Source: Bacteroidaceae bacterium (GTDB taxonomy: Bacteria; Bacillota; Clostridia; Lachnospirales; Lachnospiraceae). From it: a stretch of 64,000 nt of DNA. A program made the translations under genes and the position numbers. The notes under the pieces were generated by a model. The model was not told where the DNA came from. It searched no databases and saw only the letters and a program-made list of their open reading frames with translations. Positions 58,943 through 64,000 of this stretch are shown piece after piece. Numbering within the stretch: position 1 is the first letter of the stretch; every line of letters starts with the position of its first letter. The stretch is taken from assembly GCA_963639875.1 (NCBI GenBank), contig CAVHWP010000004.1, positions 33,168-97,167 on the forward strand, read 5' to 3'.

Positions 58943-59509
58943 ATGAGCAAGCAAATCTGGAAACCCGGCAATATGCTTTATCCCTTACCGGTTGTTATGG
59001 TCAGCGTGGCTGACAAAGAAGGAAAGCAGAATATCATTACGATTGCGTGGACAGGCACTATCTGCAGCGACCCGCCCATGGTTTCCATATCCGTACGGCC
59101 GGAGAGATATTCCTATCATATGATAAAAGAAACCGGCGAATTTGTGATTAACCTGACCACGAAGGAGCTGGCTTTTGCCACGGATTACTGCGGCGTGAAA
59201 AGCGGCAGGGATGTGGACAAATTTGCAGCCATGCATCTGACACCCATGCAGGGAGAAAAGGTAAAAGCACCGTTAATTGCCGAAAGCCCTGTGAATTTAG
59301 AGTGCAAAGTTACCGAAGTGAAGCATTTGGGTACACACGATATGTTTATGGCAGAGGTGGTCTGCGTCCATGCGGATGAAAAATACATGGATGAGCAGAA
59401 CCGTTTCCATCTGGAAATGGCAGACCCCATTGTATATTCCCACGGCACTTATATGACCACGGGAGAAAAGATTGGCACATTTGGTTACAGTGTAAGGAAA
59501 AAGAATTAA
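58943..59509 (+). CDS. Flavin reductase family protein
   Basis: YPLPVVMVS, GEFVINL, SGRDVDKF, ESPVNLEC, GTHDMF. Confidence 0.9.
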   Translation: MSKQIWKPGNMLYPLPVVMVSVADKEGKQNIITIAWTGTICSDPPMVSISVRPERYSYHMIKETGEFVINLTTKELAFATDYCGVKSGRDVDKFAAMHLTPMQGEKVKAPLIAESPVNLECKVTEVKHLGTHDMFMAEVVCVHADEKYMDEQNRFHLEMADPIVYSHGTYMTTGEKIGTFGYSVRKKN

Positions 59510-59510
59510 C

Positions 59511-61097
59511 ATGAAAATTACCCGGTATCACAAAAGGTTAAAATACACATACATGAAAGTGGCAGGCGGCATACTTGTTGTCGCCGCTCTCTTTTTTCCG
59601 TCCTATGTAAAATGGGAAGCTCCCACGGAAAATATGTTTACCGTTTCCTTAAACGGTGAAGAAGTGGGCGTGGTTGCGGAAAAGGAAACTGCCGAAAAAC
59701 TGCTTCAGGAAGCCCGCAGGGAATTGGTTTCCAACAGGGACGGGCTGGTATTTATGGACGTGGATATGGATTTGCAGGGACAGGCAGTGCTGGTCGGCAA
59801 AATCGATGACGAAGACTCCATCCGCACCAATATGAAGCAGGTGCTTGAGCGCAATATCAAAGAAACCACCCACCGCTCCTATGCCGTGAAAATCAACAAT
59901 TACATGGTAAACTTAGGCAGCAGGGAGGACGTGCTGTCCCTTTTGCAGCAGGCGGTGGACAAATACGACACGGAAGGTCGTTATCAGGTAAACCTGACCC
60001 ATGCCAAGGGCAGGGAATTTAACGTGCTGACCGCGCAGATTGAAGACACTGCTGACGAAGAAACAACCGCTCAGGACAGCGGCACCGTCCAGGTAAGCGA
60101 CAAGGGCGGCTTTGAACTGGTGGCGGAAAACATGCTTACGGACACGGAGCCCACGGGAGAAAAGGATTTCTCCGACTATGAGCTGGGCACAGTGGACATC
60201 CGTTTTGCGGAAGAAGTGGAAATTGTGGAAGTGTATCTGGATGACTCCCAGCTTACGGATGTGGCGCAGGCGGCGGAAGAGGTCATCAAGGAGCAGGCGG
60301 TAAACTCCGTTTACGAAGTCGTTTCCGGTGATACCCTTTCCGAAATTGCCATCAAGACCAACATCCCCATGGAACAACTGGTTGCCATGAATGACTCCTT
60401 AGAGGATACCAATTCCGTAATCCGCGTGGGACAGGAACTGATTATTACCATTCCGGAGCCCGAGCTTTCCGTGGAACACGAAGAAGAAATGTACTATGAG
60501 GAGATTTACGATGCTCCCATCCAGTATGTATACAATGATAACTGGTACACCAACCAGACCAAGACTCTGCAGGAGCCTTCGGCAGGTTTCCGAAAAGTAG
60601 TGGCAGTTGTTTCCTATAAGAATGATACCGAAACAAACCGGGAAATACTAAAAGAAGAAGTGGTCATGGAAGCGGTTCCGAAGATTGTGGAAAAAGGAAC
60701 CAAGATTCCGCCTACTTATATCAAACCGATTTCCGGCGGCCGTCTGACATCCAGCTTCGGCAAGAGAACGGCACCGAAGAAAGGCGCCAGCACCTATCAC
60801 AAGGGCATTGACTGGGCAACCCCGAAAGGCACTACGGTTGTAGCCTCCTGCGGCGGTACGGTAGCCAAAGCCGGATGGGGCAGCGGTTACGGTTACGTGG
60901 TTTACATTAACCATGAGGACGGCAGACAGACCCGTTACGGACACTTGAGCAAAGTTCTGGTAACGGCGGGACAGAAGGTTTCCCAGGGTGATAAGATTGC
61001 CTTAAGCGGCAACACCGGTGTAAGTACGGGACCCCACCTGCACTTTGAAATCCTGATAAACGGCAAGCAGGTCAACCCCTTAAATTATCTGAATTAG
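59511..61097 (+). CDS. LysM - G5 - M23 peptidoglycan endopeptidase
   Basis: YEVVSGDTLSEIA (LysM); HKGID, YGHL, STGPHLHFE (M23). Confidence 0.92.
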   Translation: MKITRYHKRLKYTYMKVAGGILVVAALFFPSYVKWEAPTENMFTVSLNGEEVGVVAEKETAEKLLQEARRELVSNRDGLVFMDVDMDLQGQAVLVGKIDDEDSIRTNMKQVLERNIKETTHRSYAVKINNYMVNLGSREDVLSLLQQAVDKYDTEGRYQVNLTHAKGREFNVLTAQIEDTADEETTAQDSGTVQVSDKGGFELVAENMLTDTEPTGEKDFSDYELGTVDIRFAEEVEIVEVYLDDSQLTDVAQAAEEVIKEQAVNSVYEVVSGDTLSEIAIKTNIPMEQLVAMNDSLEDTNSVIRVGQELIITIPEPELSVEHEEEMYYEEIYDAPIQYVYNDNWYTNQTKTLQEPSAGFRKVVAVVSYKNDTETNREILKEEVVMEAVPKIVEKGTKIPPTYIKPISGGRLTSSFGKRTAPKKGASTYHKGIDWATPKGTTVVASCGGTVAKAGWGSGYGYVVYINHEDGRQTRYGHLSKVLVTAGQKVSQGDKIALSGNTGVSTGPHLHFEILINGKQVNPLNYLN

Positions 61098-61194
61098 CCG
61101 GAAAAAGTCACGAACACATATTCACGTTTACAAAAACGGCGTATGGATATATAATAAAGTGATATGAAATTTTAAAATGGATAGAGGTATGAAA

Positions 61195-62487
61195 ATGGAA
61201 CAATACGCAATCAAAGGCGGTAATCCATTAGTTGGTGAAGTGGAAATCGGCGGTGCCAAGAATGCCGCTCTTCCCATCATAGCAGCAGCCCTTATGTCAG
61301 AAGAGACAGTGCATATAGATAATTTACCCGATGTCAGGGACACCAATGTATTATTGGAGGCCATGCAGAGCATCGGCGTTATGATTAAAAGAGAAGGACG
61401 TCACAGAGTGACGATTTACCCTTCCCAGATAAACAATCTGGTAGTGGACGGCGAAGGCGTCCGCCGCATCCGTGCGTCCTACTATTTTATCGGGGCACTG
61501 CTTGCCCGCTACAAAAAAGCAGAAGTAGCGCTTCCGGGCGGCTGCGATATCGGCTGCAGAGCCATTGACCAGCATATCAAGGGCTTCCGCGCACTCGGCG
61601 CAGACGTCAACATTGAGTACGGACTGATTAAGGCAGAAGCGGAACGCTTAAAGGGCAGCCATATTTACATGGACGTGGTTTCCGTAGGCGCCACCATCAA
61701 CATCATGATGGTAGCGGCACTGGCAGAAGGCCAGACGATTATTGAAAATGCGGCAAAGGAGCCTCATGTAGTAGACCTTGCCAATTTCTTGAACAGCATG
61801 GGTGCCAACATCAAGGGCGCCGGTACGGACGTTATCCGTATCAAGGGTGTTTCCCACCTGCACGGTACCGATTATGCGATTATTCCCGACCAGATTGAAG
61901 CCGGAACGTTTATGTTTGCGGCAGCGGTCACCAAGGGAGATGTTACCGTAAAAAATGTCATTCCGAAGCACTTGGAGTCCATTACCGCAAAGCTTCTGGA
62001 AATCGGCTGTGAAATCGAGGAGTCCGATGATGCGGTGCGTGTTGTGGCAGCAAAGCCCTTACGTCATACGCAGGTAAAGACGCTTCCCTATCCCGGTTTC
62101 CCCACGGATATGCAGCCCCAGATTACGGTGGCGCTGGCATTGTCCCAGGGTACCAGTATTGTAACCGAAAGCATTTTTGAAAACCGTTTTAAATATGTGG
62201 ATGAACTGACACGCATGGGTGCCAACATCAAAGTAGAAGGCAATACCGCTATCGTCGATGGCGTAAGCAAATATACCGGAGCCAAGATTTCGGCTCCCGA
62301 CCTCCGTGCAGGCGCGGCGCTTGTGCTGGCGGCACTGGCAGCGGACGGTTATTCCGTTGTGGAGGATATTCACTATATCCAGCGCGGATACGAGGATTTC
62401 CATTTGAAACTGCAGTCTTTGGGCGCACAGATTGACAAAGTGGATTCCGAAAGAGAATTACAGAAATTCAAGCTTAAAATAGGCTGA
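61195..62487 (+). CDS. murA: UDP-N-acetylglucosamine 1-carboxyvinyltransferase
   Basis: [33 protein letters not shown]; start could be 61177. Confidence 0.95.
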   Translation: MEQYAIKGGNPLVGEVEIGGAKNAALPIIAAALMSEETVHIDNLPDVRDTNVLLEAMQSIGVMIKREGRHRVTIYPSQINNLVVDGEGVRRIRASYYFIGALLARYKKAEVALPGGCDIGCRAIDQHIKGFRALGADVNIEYGLIKAEAERLKGSHIYMDVVSVGATINIMMVAALAEGQTIIENAAKEPHVVDLANFLNSMGANIKGAGTDVIRIKGVSHLHGTDYAIIPDQIEAGTFMFAAAVTKGDVTVKNVIPKHLESITAKLLEIGCEIEESDDAVRVVAAKPLRHTQVKTLPYPGFPTDMQPQITVALALSQGTSIVTESIFENRFKYVDELTRMGANIKVEGNTAIVDGVSKYTGAKISAPDLRAGAALVLAALAADGYSVVEDIHYIQRGYEDFHLKLQSLGAQIDKVDSERELQKFKLKIG

Positions 62488-62534
62488 TGACGGGAGAAAC
62501 CCGCATACAGAACGCAAAAGAAAAGGAGATTAAA

Positions 62535-63743
62535 ATGGAACAGGAAAAGTTATTGTTTACTTCCGAGTCTGTTACAGAAGGACATCCCGACAAAATGTGC
62601 GATGCCATTTCTGATGCAATTTTGGACGCTCTCATGGAGCAGGACCCGATGAGCCGTGTTGCCTGCGAAACAGCAAGCTGCACCGGTTTCGTACTCGTTA
62701 CCGGAGAAATCACCACAGAAGCTTATGTGGATATTCAGAAAATCGTCAGAGAAACCGTAAAGGAAATCGGTTATGACAAATCCGAATACGGCTTTGACGG
62801 CAATACCTGTGCCGTTATGGTAGCCATTGACGAGCAGTCCCCCGACATTGCCATGGGCGTTGACAAATCCTTAGAGGCAAAGAAGGAAGCTGCCGAAAAC
62901 AACATGACCGAAGAAGAGCTGGATGCCATCGGCGCCGGCGACCAGGGTATGATGTTCGGCTATGCCACCAATGAAACAGAAGAATATATGCCTTATCCCA
63001 TTTATCTGGCACACAAGCTGACCAAGCAGCTTACCAAGGTTCGTAAGGACGGAACCCTTCCTTACCTTCGTCCCGATGGAAAGAGCCAGGTTTCCGTACA
63101 GTATGATGAAGCCGGAAAGCCCATCAGACTGGAAGCAGTTGTACTTTCCACCCAGCACGACCCGGATGTTACTCAGGAGCAGATTCACGAAGACATTAAG
63201 AAATATGTATTTGCCCCCATCCTTCCCAAGGAAATGCTGGATGAGGATACCAAGTACTTCATTAACCCCACCGGACGTTTCGTTATCGGCGGACCTCACG
63301 GAGATGCAGGTCTGACCGGCAGAAAGATTATCGTAGACACCTACGGTGGATATGCCCGTCACGGCGGCGGTGCTTTTTCCGGTAAGGACTGCACCAAGGT
63401 AGACCGTTCCGCAGCATACGCTTCCCGTTATGTGGCAAAGAACATTGTGGCAGCAGGACTGGCTGACAAGTGCGAAATTCAGTTATCCTACGCAATCGGT
63501 GTGGCACATCCCACCTCCATCCGCGTGGATACCTTCGGCACAGGCAAGCTTTCCAACGCCAAGCTGGTAGAAATTATCCGCGACAATTTTGATTTACGTC
63601 CCGCAGGTATTATCAAGATGTTGGATTTACGCCGTCCTATTTACAAGCAGACCGCTGCTTACGGACATTTCGGTCGCAACGACCTTGACCTTCCCTGGGA
63701 GAAATTAGACAAAGTAGACGACTTAAAGAAATATTTAGCATGA
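62535..63743 (+). CDS. metK: S-adenosylmethionine synthetase
   Basis: [28 protein letters not shown]. Confidence 0.97.
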   Translation: MEQEKLLFTSESVTEGHPDKMCDAISDAILDALMEQDPMSRVACETASCTGFVLVTGEITTEAYVDIQKIVRETVKEIGYDKSEYGFDGNTCAVMVAIDEQSPDIAMGVDKSLEAKKEAAENNMTEEELDAIGAGDQGMMFGYATNETEEYMPYPIYLAHKLTKQLTKVRKDGTLPYLRPDGKSQVSVQYDEAGKPIRLEAVVLSTQHDPDVTQEQIHEDIKKYVFAPILPKEMLDEDTKYFINPTGRFVIGGPHGDAGLTGRKIIVDTYGGYARHGGGAFSGKDCTKVDRSAAYASRYVAKNIVAAGLADKCEIQLSYAIGVAHPTSIRVDTFGTGKLSNAKLVEIIRDNFDLRPAGIIKMLDLRRPIYKQTAAYGHFGRNDLDLPWEKLDKVDDLKKYLA

Positions 63744-64000
63744 GAACAGGCGAACTGATAAAACGATTTATTCCTTATTATAAAAGTCACAAAGGAGTGC
63801 TGGCGGCAGATTTATTCTGCGCCAGCCTTACTACTATATGCGAGTTGATTTTGCCGATGATAATGCGTTTCATCACCAATACCGGGTTGAACGACATTGC
63901 ATCGCTTTCCGCAGCGCTCATCGGCAGACTGGCATTGCTGTATCTGGTGCTCCGCATCATTGACTGCGCAGCCAACTACTACATGTCCGATATGGGGCAT
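63740..64000 (+). CDS. ABC exporter (fused TMD-NBD type), N-terminal part only
   Basis: ATG overlaps the metK stop (ATGA); [43 protein letters not shown]... open to the window edge. Confidence 0.65.
   Translation, partial: MRTGELIKRFIPYYKSHKGVLAADLFCASLTTICELILPMIMRFITNTGLNDIASLSAALIGRLALLYLVLRIIDCAANYYMSDMGH

Noticed and set aside
62488..62534. SAM riboswitch upstream of metK
   Set aside because: Only 47 nt separate murA and the likely metK start, and no S-box sequence is visible
1..64000. tRNA, rRNA, intact transposase, integrase or prophage genes
   Set aside because: None recognised by eye or in the ORF track; a tRNAscan/Infernal run would be needed to exclude small RNA genes

Overview
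Chromosomal window from a low-GC Gram-positive anaerobe; gene content, sigma-A promoters and AGGAGG ribosome-binding sites suggest Lachnospiraceae/Clostridia, which is an inference. 0-4.7 kb: sugar ABC genes, an FRG protein, an aldo/keto reductase and an ECF component. 4.8-30.5 kb: a large surface-polymer locus, namely HD-GYP phosphodiesterase, PqqD/RRE, a Gram-positive pelD-E-A(DUF2194)-F-G-like operon, extra glycosyltransferases and two DUF4832-like paralogues. It is interleaved with RiPP-like parts: a nucleotidyltransferase, a 148-aa protein with a YxxP leader and its own promoter, an ABC exporter, an RRE-HprK-like kinase fusion and an S24/S26-like peptidase, but no lasso cyclase. A small decayed islet at 25.9-28.7 kb interrupts it. 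31-64 kb is mostly housekeeping: P-type ATPase, UDP-sugar pyrophosphorylase and galE, pst/pho operon, small alarmone synthetase, MerR-type-promoter redox operon, GntR operon, M23 peptidase, murA and metK. Notable non-coding structure: a six-unit 63-bp-phased TTGAC-N25-GTCAA array (48.2-48.6 kb), a dispersed structured repeat that carries the RBS of three unrelated genes, and a csRNA-like small-RNA candidate at 57.5-57.7 kb. All family calls come from motif recognition by eye; no database search was run.
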